Source: Tetramitus jugosus (taxonomy: Eukaryota > Protista > Heterolobosea). Taken from it: a stretch of DNA of 64,000 nt. A model generated the notes under the pieces. The model was not told the DNA's origin and searched no databases. It worked only from the letters and a program-made list of their open reading frames with translations. Both the position numbers and the translations under genes were made by a program. The DNA is taken from the NCBI GenBank assembly GCA_937625935.1, contig OW569370.1, forward strand, positions 1 through 64,000. Reading direction: 5' to 3'. The first letter of the stretch is position 1. Each line of letters begins with the position of its first letter. Below are positions 54,838-64,000 of the stretch, one piece after another.

Positions 54838-57455
54838 CTACTTCTTTATTTTTTTATCGATGATGGGGCCAGGTGTCCGCCTCGACCCGGCCGTACCTGG
54901 CACGTTCGAAATACTGGATTTGGTTTCATTCGGGACAAGTATGCGTGTTTGGCTCTTTGAACGTTGAGTACTCCTTAATGTTGGTCGATTCGCTGTCGAG
55001 GGAGGAGATATTCCCTTGGACAATAATGACGGGTCAGATTTCTTCCTCGTTGGAGGTTTCTCAGGTTGAGTTGCATACCTATCAAGTGCGCCCCAATCCT
55101 CCTCTTCCTTCTGCTTTTGCTTGTCGAAGAGATCTGCCCGAGAAAGAAGATTTAGTTTGTGACCTCTCATGATTTCGTTGTCTATCGTCGTAATTTCTTC
55201 ATGAGCATATTTGGCAGCCTCTGATACATCTCTGTCCTTGTCTAGTGTCAGAAACGAGATTGTTTCTTTGATGTCAGCCAATAGTTGAACATCGGCTGGT
55301 AGCTCTAATACAAGTTTGATATGCGGTAGCAGGAAGCAGAATTTTCTGCGAACATTTGGTACCGGATCCTTCGCCAAGTTCATAACATCGACATAGAAGT
55401 TATCCTTGAAAAATTGTCTGCTAAAGTACTTCATGATCGAAAAGCTTAAGTCGAGAAACGTGGTTCTGTTCCAATAGCTTTTGTCTCGAGCCAGCAAGTT
55501 GTTCATTGTCTTAAATAGTTCGATTTGTGTTGAATAATTTTTCAGGGAGCGAGTACAACTTACAAATGATTCTATGGCCTTAGCTTTCACGGGTACCACA
55601 CCTCTCACAATTTGAGTTTTCAACAAGGGTAAGAACGATGATTGTAACTCCTCGGAGGAGAAGAATTCATCAAAGCATTTGAAGTTACTATAAAATACTT
55701 CTTGGGTTCTCCAATCTCGCCCAATCGTATAAGAATGCTTAACCAAACAGGCTACTAGTTGTGAAAAGAAATCATTCTCGCTTCTACTGTCGGCTCCCTG
55801 AAAACTTCGTAGAATTTCGCTGATGTTACTTAGGGCTTTGTTTCTGATTGTGACTTGAGAGTCTTTCATCAGATACAAGAATATTGGTTTGATGTGTTCG
55901 ATTGACTTGTCTCCAGTTAATAATTTCGCTATTTCGTGAATGCTCGAAGCAATTTTCTCTCGAACTTGAGTATGAGGGTCATGAGCCAACGATGAATATA
56001 TCGAATGAAGTTGGTTCATGTACTTCTTGGCTCCAATTGTTTTAAGTACGGCCGGGACGTTGTATGCACACACAATCCTATATCGGAGTATGGGACTGTT
56101 AGCGTGTTCCCTGAAAAATCTCATGAAGGCCGATAGGGTTTCTTCGTCATGTTTATCATCTGAATATGTGTGAGAATGGAATAAGAACAGTAATTGAACA
56201 AATTATATGCACTTACGAGCTAATTTGTGGAAATATTCACCGAACTTTGTCACAAGAATGGGTTTGGAGTCCTCTGGCGGTTGTGTCATCCAAAACATAA
56301 ATCTAGGTAAAACTTCTCTCAAACGGTATTTGTGTTCAAAGAAACTGAGAAGAGATATGATAGTTGTGATCGCTGTACTCTTAACGACATTTGTTTCGTC
56401 ATCAGATAATTGAAATAATTCAGGTAGTAATTCTGCCTTGGCCCTTTCGAATCCCAATCCAATGGCAAGAAAGAAAAGTTGTTCCGCCATGTTAGTTCGA
56501 ACATTGAACGACGTATCCTGACAAAGAGTGATGGCCCCAGGAAGAATATGTTGTTCTATGCATTGTCTGGCGAATATTGAGGTTAGTTTTTTCAAGATGG
56601 GGCCTTGCACAACGGTAATGAAGGTCTAGTACTTACGAATTGAATCTTGTGGATAAAGCTCCATATAATTTACAGCAGAATACTCTATTCTTCTCAGGTT
56701 CGTACAAGTTTCCTTTTGACTTTACGTATTGAAGAACTTCTCTTTCTAACAAATCCAAGTTCATATGTTCGATGATCTTTATCAAGGAGTCCTGCCAAAC
56801 TGTCGCTATCTCTTCATCTTTCAATCCAGCCATGGACTGAATAAATTGGAAGAGATTGCTCATGAACTTTTGAGAGATGAAAGAGAAAGAATCTGGGAGT
56901 AGCTCGCCCACAACAATTTGAACTTCTTCATTCTCTCGCCACGTGTTATCCTTTTTAAATTGTCAGAATACTCGTTGTCATCCCTAAAAGCGCCAATCAA
57001 CATAATAGACAAAACGGAGATGTTGTACTTACGATGATGTGTTTGAGTAGAGTAGAGATTGATTTTTCGTTACTTCTCTTGAATATCGAAGGTAAATTCT
57101 CCATGACGCAAACCTTCTGGACATGGGAGCCATTCTTCAAGAGAAACAGAGCTCTCTCAGTGTCGTCCAGTGATTCGTCAACTAAGTATCTCTCGTAGGT
57201 TTTTCCCTTTTTCTGAACAAAATCAAGTGAAAGTTAGTATCAGCATATGGTGTCCAAGAGAACAAGGAGGATAAGGTAAAAGAATGATCATACTTTGGCA
57301 TTTTTTGAAATTTCTTTAAAAGAGTCTTCATTGATACTTGTTATGGGCACGGTGTACTCTTCTTGAACAAAATTGTGATGGTGTTTGTGATTGATGTCGC
57401 TCTTGGGTTCTTCGAATCCAAAACTTGACATTATGGAGGAACTAGTGAAACTCAT
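54838..57455 (-). CDS. PPP4R4: Protein phosphatase 4 regulatory subunit 4 (HEAT repeats), ~5 exons
   Basis: YLVDESLDDTERALFLLKNGSHVQK, LCQDTSFNVR, CAYNVPAV, DWRTQE, LAKDPVPNVR. Donors at 57293, 57032, 56636 and 56216. Confidence 0.8.
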
Positions 57456-57759
57456 TTGATTTCTTAGCTTAAGTTGTTGGTTATGGTGCAGCGGAAAAAC
57501 CAATTGAAAATGTGTGATGATGATATTATGTTGACGTCGACACGGACATAATCCAAAGGAGTGGGAATTAAAGTACTCTCAGAAACAGAAAGGAATAGAA
57601 TAGGAGAACTGCCTTGAAATTTTACTTTCAGCAGCAGTTTGTGCTCGTCGGAGTCTTCTTGTAAACTGAGTTCTGTTCCGTCATTGAGCGCCAAATGTGT
57701 TTTCGCGAATTGTTTACAGTGTCTATTGTTGATATGGTCTCCAAATTAGGATATGCTCA

Positions 57760-58629
57760 CTAGTCGTCACTATCCCAACCACTTGATTCCTTTGGATTGA
57801 AATCTCGCTGTACGTCATATTCATACTGAGGATCATCTGTGTTGATTCGGTTCTTCTCAAACTCGATGTTCATTCTTGACTTTGCTGCTCCTAGTTCAGA
57901 CTCTGAAACGCGATTCAAATCTTCATCTGTTGGATCGCCACTCTCTCCTGCGTCTTGTTCATTGCTGTCTGGTTGTTCTTCTCCATCATAGGTTGCTCCC
58001 TGTTCAAATTCGTCATCATATACGTCTTCTCCGAGGTCTCCTCCATCATCATCAAGATAATCCTCATCAAACTCTTCATCAAAATTGTCGTAACCACCTT
58101 GAAATTCTTCTTCGCCATCATAATTGTATTCGTCGTTGTATTCATGATGATGATGATATGAATCTTCATAATCTGCATAAGTATCCCCAAACTCATCGTC
58201 CTTGTTTCTTGTCGTCCTTTTCTCACCAGATTCTTCTTCAGGAATGCTCGAGGGTAGGTCGGCTTTTTCTGAATGCATCATTTGAGTGCTAGGCTGAACT
58301 AGTTCTCCTGAAGACTCTCCTACCTCTGTTGTTTGTTTGTTATCAGTTGCAAGGATCGGCTCACCCGTTTCACTATCGATTAAGCAACTTATCAACATTT
58401 CAAAGACTGGCTTATCCACATTCCGAACATATCTCTTGTGAAATTTTTCGATGATTCCGTGAATTATCTTGTCGATAGCTTCCATCTTACTCACGATCGA
58501 CATGTACTTTGATATTGCTTCACGCAAGTATATTCTTCTGTGTCTCTTCTTACCTGTGTCCGTGTCAGCGTACTCTACTATAATACAGCAATCCTTTGGT
58601 TTGATAGCTATTCCTTTAGTAATGATCAT
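57760..58629 (-). CDS. CEP19: Centrosomal/basal-body protein CEP19-like, with long acidic insert
   Basis: N-terminal GIAIKPKDCCIIVEYADTDTGKKRHRRI and C-terminal DLNRVSESELGAAKSRMNIEFEKN...DPQYEYD...SGWD match the two CEP19 conserved blocks. Confidence 0.8.
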   Translation of the reverse strand: MIITKGIAIKPKDCCIIVEYADTDTGKKRHRRIYLREAISKYMSIVSKMEAIDKIIHGIIEKFHKRYVRNVDKPVFEMLISCLIDSETGEPILATDNKQTTEVGESSGELVQPSTQMMHSEKADLPSSIPEEESGEKRTTRNKDDEFGDTYADYEDSYHHHHEYNDEYNYDGEEEFQGGYDNFDEEFDEDYLDDDGGDLGEDVYDDEFEQGATYDGEEQPDSNEQDAGESGDPTDEDLNRVSESELGAAKSRMNIEFEKNRINTDDPQYEYDVQRDFNPKESSGWDSDD

Positions 58630-58746
58630 GATATTGATGTTGTTTTTATTCGTCGGAGAACTAACTTGAAGAAAAATCTCCCATCCAATAATATACGGCA
58701 TGTTTTGTGTTGTGTTGGTAGGTTCCAGAGATTCAACACCAATAGA

Positions 58747-61110
58747 TTAGATAGGCGATCGAAATGTTGGAGATTTTGGTTTCGAACTGGGAGAAGCAGG
58801 ACTATTGATAGACGTTAGAGACAAGTCAGATGTCAAGTTCATGGAAGCTCGTTTGTTGACTGGTGAAGCCCAATAGCGAGAGTGACCCGTGCCTCCATTC
58901 ATAGATGACAACTTGACTGTTTCCCATTCGGCTGGTGAAATTCCCTCCTTCTCGAGCTGAGTAAGAACCAATTGTTTCATCTGGGCTTCGTCAATAACAT
59001 CAAAATTCAATGAATCAATAATCTTCTTCGCTCTTTGTACGAGAAGCTTATGACTCATTCTTCGTTCATACAATACACTTCGATCTTGTTTTTGATCTTC
59101 TCTATTAACTTTTTCTTCTATTTCACTCATCAACTGAAGTCTCTTAAATGTTTCTACTCGCTTTAATCGCTCAATATTCTCCAAGCGATCAGATTTCTTA
59201 AGTTTTTGTTCCTCCATTCTCTTTTCGAAAGCCTTTTGCTTCTGGAACAGGAGTTCTTGACAGATTTTGTCATTGGTTTCCCTCTTGTTTCTTATTTCCT
59301 CAATCCGTTTCTCTTGTTCCACCTGAGCTTTTTGAATACTAATCTTCCTACGCGACTCTTTAATTTGTTCCTGTGCTTTTTGTTTTGCAGCTTCATCCCT
59401 TTTCTTTTCTTCCAATTCTCTCTTCTTTCTCTCTAACTCCTCATGGCTATCCAAAATTCGGTTTACTTTCTCCTGTACATGACTTTCAGCTTTCCTCTTT
59501 GCCGCTAACAATCTCTCTTCTTTGATTTGAGATCTGGTCTGGATTGATTCCCTTAACATCTTCTTCCTATTTTCCTCAAACTCTAACTTCTTTTGCTCCA
59601 CTTCCTTAAGCTTCTGTTTTAGGGCGAGTGACTTCTGTTTCTTCATCTCTTCGGCTTGAAAGAATTGTCTTGACTTCTCTTCGTTATTCTTTTTTAATTC
59701 TTCAATGAATTGTTGTTGTCTCTCTTGAGTTGCTCTAATCTTCTGTTCAACATACTGATCTTTCATTTCGAGCTCGGCTTTTCTTTTCTCAATATCTGAT
59801 TGATGATTCTCTTTTAGCCTCTTTTGTAATTCTAACGTCTCCATATGTCGTTTATGTCTCACGTATTCAATTTTCTTGGCTTCCTGTTCCTTCTCGTTTC
59901 TCAACCTTTCTTCTCTTTTTTGAGCCTCTTCTAACTTCTTCTGTCCCTCCAGCTCCTTTTTCTTTTTCAATATCTCTGCATTTAGGAGTGCTTCGAAAGA
60001 GGACACCGATTGCTGAAGAGACTTATCTAAGCGAGATATCTCTTCCAATTCTCGAGCAATAGACGTTGAATTATCTTTAGTATCCATAAATGTATTATTC
60101 TCTTGGTCATCCATCAACCTCTGACGTTCTTTTCGAACTGAGAGCAGCTTCTCCTTTCTCTTCTGCTCGTTGTGCGCCCATCTCATTTTTACGATATTGT
60201 CTGCAACTCCTCTCGCACAAAAATTCTCCTCAGGTCTATATATTAATTCTTTAGCAGATACTCCTAAATTCATACAAGCTTCAATAGATCTAGGACTTGT
60301 TAAAACAATCCGTTGATTTTGATTAAATTGATTAAAGTTGTCCAAGTTCAAGTTAGGATCGTCTAGTTGTAGCTTCATACCCTGAGCTTCGAGGCTCTCT
60401 TTGAGAGATACTGAAGGCTTCGAAGGACTCTGTACTGAACGAGAAAGAGGAGCAGAGAGCGGCCTACTGGGACTCTTTCTCAAGAACTTATTCTCAGCTG
60501 TAGCAGTATTGATCGTTTTTGTTGGAGTCGCATCGAAGCTCTCTCTTCTTTTTGGTGTTCTGATGCTTTCACCCGGAGTTTTACTTCGTTCACTTCTTTG
60601 TTGGATCGTACTCGATGGTCGTGTAACAAACGAAGAAGTTTTTGGTTGTTTGATGGAATTCTTTTGATGAACGAGAGATATTCGACTGGGAGGTCTTCTC
60701 ACATTCGAAACTGGTTTTGTGTGATTCTCACTTTTGAGATTATGAGTAGTTACATTCTTCCCTCCCGTAGAATCTCTACCAGAGAGAAAGCCAAAATTTA
60801 AGCGAGGAACAACTAGTTTCTGTTTCTCGATTGCCTTTGATGTATTGATTCGTTGCACTTCCTCGTCGACATCTGAATCGTTATCAGACTTGGAAGAATA
60901 CCGTTCCCCATCATCATCAGAGTTTTCTTCTTCATCATTCTCTTCTAAGGAGGGAATCTTCTCTTCTTCTTCATGTGTATGAGTGCAACTGTATCGTAGG
61001 TTGTTCACATCATTCTTCATTTGATTGAATTGTCCCATTGGCATAAAATTGTTATCTGCTCCTTCCACAGAACTAACAGAGTCTATCATCAAGGAATTGT
61101 GGGAGCTCAT
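58747..61110 (-). CDS. Long coiled-coil protein with LTSPRSIEAC..LGV..EL motif
   Basis: 787-aa ORF with an E/K/R/Q-rich charged helix. The TSPRSxEAC motif is recalled from uncharacterised protist proteins. Confidence 0.75.
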   Translation of the reverse strand: MSSHNSLMIDSVSSVEGADNNFMPMGQFNQMKNDVNNLRYSCTHTHEEEEKIPSLEENDEEENSDDDGERYSSKSDNDSDVDEEVQRINTSKAIEKQKLVVPRLNFGFLSGRDSTGGKNVTTHNLKSENHTKPVSNVRRPPSRISLVHQKNSIKQPKTSSFVTRPSSTIQQRSERSKTPGESIRTPKRRESFDATPTKTINTATAENKFLRKSPSRPLSAPLSRSVQSPSKPSVSLKESLEAQGMKLQLDDPNLNLDNFNQFNQNQRIVLTSPRSIEACMNLGVSAKELIYRPEENFCARGVADNIVKMRWAHNEQKRKEKLLSVRKERQRLMDDQENNTFMDTKDNSTSIARELEEISRLDKSLQQSVSSFEALLNAEILKKKKELEGQKKLEEAQKREERLRNEKEQEAKKIEYVRHKRHMETLELQKRLKENHQSDIEKRKAELEMKDQYVEQKIRATQERQQQFIEELKKNNEEKSRQFFQAEEMKKQKSLALKQKLKEVEQKKLEFEENRKKMLRESIQTRSQIKEERLLAAKRKAESHVQEKVNRILDSHEELERKKRELEEKKRDEAAKQKAQEQIKESRRKISIQKAQVEQEKRIEEIRNKRETNDKICQELLFQKQKAFEKRMEEQKLKKSDRLENIERLKRVETFKRLQLMSEIEEKVNREDQKQDRSVLYERRMSHKLLVQRAKKIIDSLNFDVIDEAQMKQLVLTQLEKEGISPAEWETVKLSSMNGGTGHSRYWASPVNKRASMNLTSDLSLTSINSPASPSSKPKSPTFRSPI

Positions 61111-61380
61111 TCATCGACGAACGACTATTGCTCTCTGGAGATCAAATTTTTGATGAATCGCGAGGAGAATAAAGATTGTAAAAGTGGAAGGCGCCAAAAA
61201 ACGCTACGCTGTCTGACATTTTCAATGACATTGAATCCAGGGATAACTCAGTTGCATCATCATCGACAAGGAAACACCATGTGAGCACATCATCCAGTAA
61301 TTTCTGAGCCAATCAGTGAATCCTCGCGGTTTTTATTTGTCCGACGTGAATCGTTGCTGTCAAAATACATTATTCGAAAG

Positions 61381-62616
61381 ATGACATCGCCCAAGTCCAA
61401 CTACCAAACAAGAATCACAACAACCATGACAATTCACAGATCTCCCACGACGACTACTTGTAGAAAGTCACATGTGCTTATAAGTCTCTTGTTTCTATGC
61501 TTGTTGATCATGATCAGTGATAGCAGTAGCAGCATCACATCACCATCACCAGCATCATTCTTCCAAACAGAAAACTACAATAACAACTATGAAGACGACA
61601 CATATTACACAATAAATGTACCACAAATGGGCTATGTTCCCAGAATGAACTTTGGAACAGAGGATATTGTGAGAGGCAGTCACGTTTTGATTCAGATGGG
61701 AAACACGAGTCGAATCGTGGAGATTTTAGCAGAGAGTAAATCAGCGACGATTGTCACTCTCGATTCCACATCATTGGCTCAGATAGAAGCGTATTATGTG
61801 AACCCGAATAATAATAGTAGTTCGATTTTGGTTGAACCATTGTTGATTGACGAAGAAACATATAGCCAAGAGGGAATGGTACTGTACAGATTCAATTTGA
61901 CAAGTGGAAGCGCACAGGAGGATGCCTATGATCGAATCATTCGGCTCAATACGACTCAGAAGCTCACGTGGTTCGAATTGGGCACCGCATACTCCAATGA
62001 TCGCTTCTATGTGAGTAAGCCAAACAATGTCATCACATCAATGCAATTCTTCCTGGGTGCCATTACCTATCCTGCATTTTTCGTCTGGGCCGTTTTGTTG
62101 TTGCTCGTCAGTGTCATCTACTGGTTCATAAAGGAGAAGGGCAAGAAGAATATGGCCGTGATGAGCGAAGTGGAAAAGAAACGTTTTAGACAAATTGTAC
62201 TGATCGTGTTTGGTTCGGTACTGTGTGCGTTTGGTGTGGCCTTTGCGATCGTGGTACCATTTTTCACAAGGCGTGAGACAAATGATGTGTGCTGTGTGTA
62301 CTTTACGAGACGATTCAACTCGAATCAAACACCTGTGCAAAACTATGGTAACAATTGCAAGTACGTGTCATTCCTCAACGAAAAACAAAAGCTGCAAGAT
62401 TATAAGAACAACTGTTTTGCTCAAGAGTCATACACAATCAAGTACAAGGCTCATATCTGGTGGTGGCTATTGCTCTGTGGAACCATACCTGGTCTCATAC
62501 TGTACACTGTCGGTCACATATGCATCACAGTCGGTGTGTACAAGTTGCTCAGATTAGTCAAGAAGCAACACGTGGCACAAGGCGTCACAAAATTCCAAGT
62601 AGGTTTCAATCACTAG
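61381..62616 (+). CDS. Hypothetical multi-pass membrane protein
   Basis: N-terminal hydrophobic signal, lumenal domain with N-glycosylation sequons, three TM helices, Cys-containing loop. Start could be 61381 or 61426. Confidence 0.7.
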   Translation: MTSPKSNYQTRITTTMTIHRSPTTTTCRKSHVLISLLFLCLLIMISDSSSSITSPSPASFFQTENYNNNYEDDTYYTINVPQMGYVPRMNFGTEDIVRGSHVLIQMGNTSRIVEILAESKSATIVTLDSTSLAQIEAYYVNPNNNSSSILVEPLLIDEETYSQEGMVLYRFNLTSGSAQEDAYDRIIRLNTTQKLTWFELGTAYSNDRFYVSKPNNVITSMQFFLGAITYPAFFVWAVLLLLVSVIYWFIKEKGKKNMAVMSEVEKKRFRQIVLIVFGSVLCAFGVAFAIVVPFFTRRETNDVCCVYFTRRFNSNQTPVQNYGNNCKYVSFLNEKQKLQDYKNNCFAQESYTIKYKAHIWWWLLLCGTIPGLILYTVGHICITVGVYKLLRLVKKQHVAQGVTKFQVGFNH

Positions 62617-62682
62617 AATTCACCTCGAACAACGAATAAACAAGTAAAACAGATCTAACAATTGACACAATAAGTTGTTTGA

Positions 62683-63054
62683 TTATATATCATCCTTGTC
62701 CACTGGTTCAAACAATCCAATCATGTGCCCGTCAGGTGCTCTAAGTGATGCAATCTTTCCATGCGAAGGATACTTGATTGGTCCGTCCAATGAAGCTCCC
62801 AGCTCTATGCACTTGTAGATGACTCGATCCATCTGTTCGACATTGAAGCACAAGAATGGTGAGTATCCGGTCGTTGCAGGTGCTTCTCCCTCGACCTTGT
62901 TCAGCGCAATTTTAATTTGACCTGATTCAAGCTCTGCCCAGTGATCATTCACGAAATTTACTTTGCATCCAAGTGCTTCCTTGTAGAATGTAACAGATTT
63001 GGGAACATCCTTGATCAGGAGCATGACATTCTTGAGAGCAATTCGTCCACTCAT
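62683..63054 (-). CDS. Glyoxalase/bleomycin-resistance (VOC) family protein
   Basis: VMLLIKDVPKSVTFYKEALG...LCFNV...YPSHGKIASLRAPDGHMIGLFE. Confidence 0.88.
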   Translation of the reverse strand: MSGRIALKNVMLLIKDVPKSVTFYKEALGCKVNFVNDHWAELESGQIKIALNKVEGEAPATTGYSPFLCFNVEQMDRVIYKCIELGASLDGPIKYPSHGKIASLRAPDGHMIGLFEPVDKDDI

Positions 63055-63115
63055 GTTTTTAGTTTGGTTTGGTCGGCGAAAAAAGAATTTGATTTGTTGA
63101 TCCTTCAGTCAAGTG

Positions 63116-63127
63116 TTTGGCGCCAAA
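63116..63127. promoter_or_regulatory. Palindromic E2F-type site
   Basis: TTTGGCGCCAAA in the short divergent promoter between 63054 and 63223. Confidence 0.5.
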
Positions 63128-63222
63128 AAGTCCAAATTTTTTATCGTTAGCCACACCATAACTCTTCTGGGAATTCACAAAACAGAACAAGCAGCAAGAA
63201 GTTCATCACTGTTATTTCAATA

Positions 63223-64000
63223 ATGATTGTCATATCAAGAGCAAATGTTATCAGGAGGAGAAGGAAGCCTCTGGTGCTACCAGAGCAACACAACAAGGAG
63301 AATGAACCCAAAACAACAGTTGATCTTAAAAATTCTTCTTCTTTAGTTAGCAAACAGCCGCAACAACCATCGATGGACAGTGTAGTGGGAACACCTAGGA
63401 GAGGTCTTCAAGATCGTAAAGCATTGGGTACTCTGACTCCTACTGCGAAAATCAATAACCCAACAACAACTGTTGTCACTTCATTGGTTTGGTCAACACA
63501 TACCGAACAACAACCAACAAAAACAAACGCTGACGATGATAAAGAAGGACCATTGAAACGCAGACGAAACAAACGGAAAAGAAACTACACTATTCTTCAA
63601 AGTGCACCTGAAGAGACATGTGACATTAGTGCAGCAGCTGTACTTGTAGTTTCAAATGAAAACAAAAGCAGTTCCGCAAGCAACGAAACAGAAGTCACTG
63701 AGATACAGCCTTCTATGGAGTGTATAGAAATGGAGGAGGCGACCCAGGAACCACAAACAAAAGTTATCTCTAGAAAGAATGTCAAACGAAGACGCAGAGT
63801 ACAGTTAGCAGAGGAAAGAAACGAACAATTCTCGGTGGAGGCAAGAGACGTACATAATCAAATTGATCACTCTAGAGCAAATCAAGCCTGTAATGATGCT
63901 GACGATGAGAGAACTCCAGTCACTCCAGTCGCGCCCAAGGATTCCTCCATTTTTGTTGCTGTGGGCAAGTCACCAAGAACGCCCTGTCGTCTCACACCAA
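63223..64000 (+). CDS. 5' part of a disordered protein with KEN box, D-box and CDK sites (runs off the window)
   Basis: Open frame from ATG 63223 to the window end. Contains NKENEP, RKALGTL, KRRRNKRKR and several TP/SP sites. Confidence 0.7.
   Translation, partial: MIVISRANVIRRRRKPLVLPEQHNKENEPKTTVDLKNSSSLVSKQPQQPSMDSVVGTPRRGLQDRKALGTLTPTAKINNPTTTVVTSLVWSTHTEQQPTKTNADDDKEGPLKRRRNKRKRNYTILQSAPEETCDISAAAVLVVSNENKSSSASNETEVTEIQPSMECIEMEEATQEPQTKVISRKNVKRRRRVQLAEERNEQFSVEARDVHNQIDHSRANQACNDADDERTPVTPVAPKDSSIFVAVGKSPRTPCRLTP

Noticed and set aside
57500-57670. Box C/D snoRNA (TGATGA...CTGA)
   Set aside because: The boxes are common words in this genome, there is no convincing terminal stem, and I could not verify an rRNA-complementary guide.

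Overview
This window is the left end of a linear eukaryotic chromosome. It opens with an 887-bp (CCCAAA)n tract, read as (TTTGGG)n on the G-rich strand. A ~6.6-kb decaying subtelomere follows, then a very compact gene-dense core using the standard genetic code, with short GT-AG introns. Core genes include beta-COP, SRPK, aminopeptidase P, MAPK15/ERK7, TFIIIC90, a kinesin, ferredoxin reductase, importin-4, PP4R4, CEP19, F-box/LRR proteins and a Zn2Cys6-PAS factor. This content suggests a flagellate or amoeboflagellate protist, possibly heterolobosean (inference only). The main finding is a subtelomeric IS607-type element on the minus strand (~6170-7505). It carries a 5'-truncated serine-recombinase TnpA that overlaps (ATGA) a Fanzor2/TnpB RNA-guided nuclease gene broken by frameshifts and deletions. 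Downstream lies a four-hairpin tract with a possible pseudoknot that looks like a surviving omegaRNA scaffold. The adjacent Old Yellow Enzyme gene is also inactivated by an internal deletion. Other notable items are a 2344-aa DOCK-scaffold protein with a RasGEF (REM+CDC25) module in place of DHR-2, a protein with a polymorphic-toxin-like C-terminal domain, a structured interstitial telomeric locus, and recurrent E2F and bZIP palindromes. All calls come from manual motif recognition; no searches were run.
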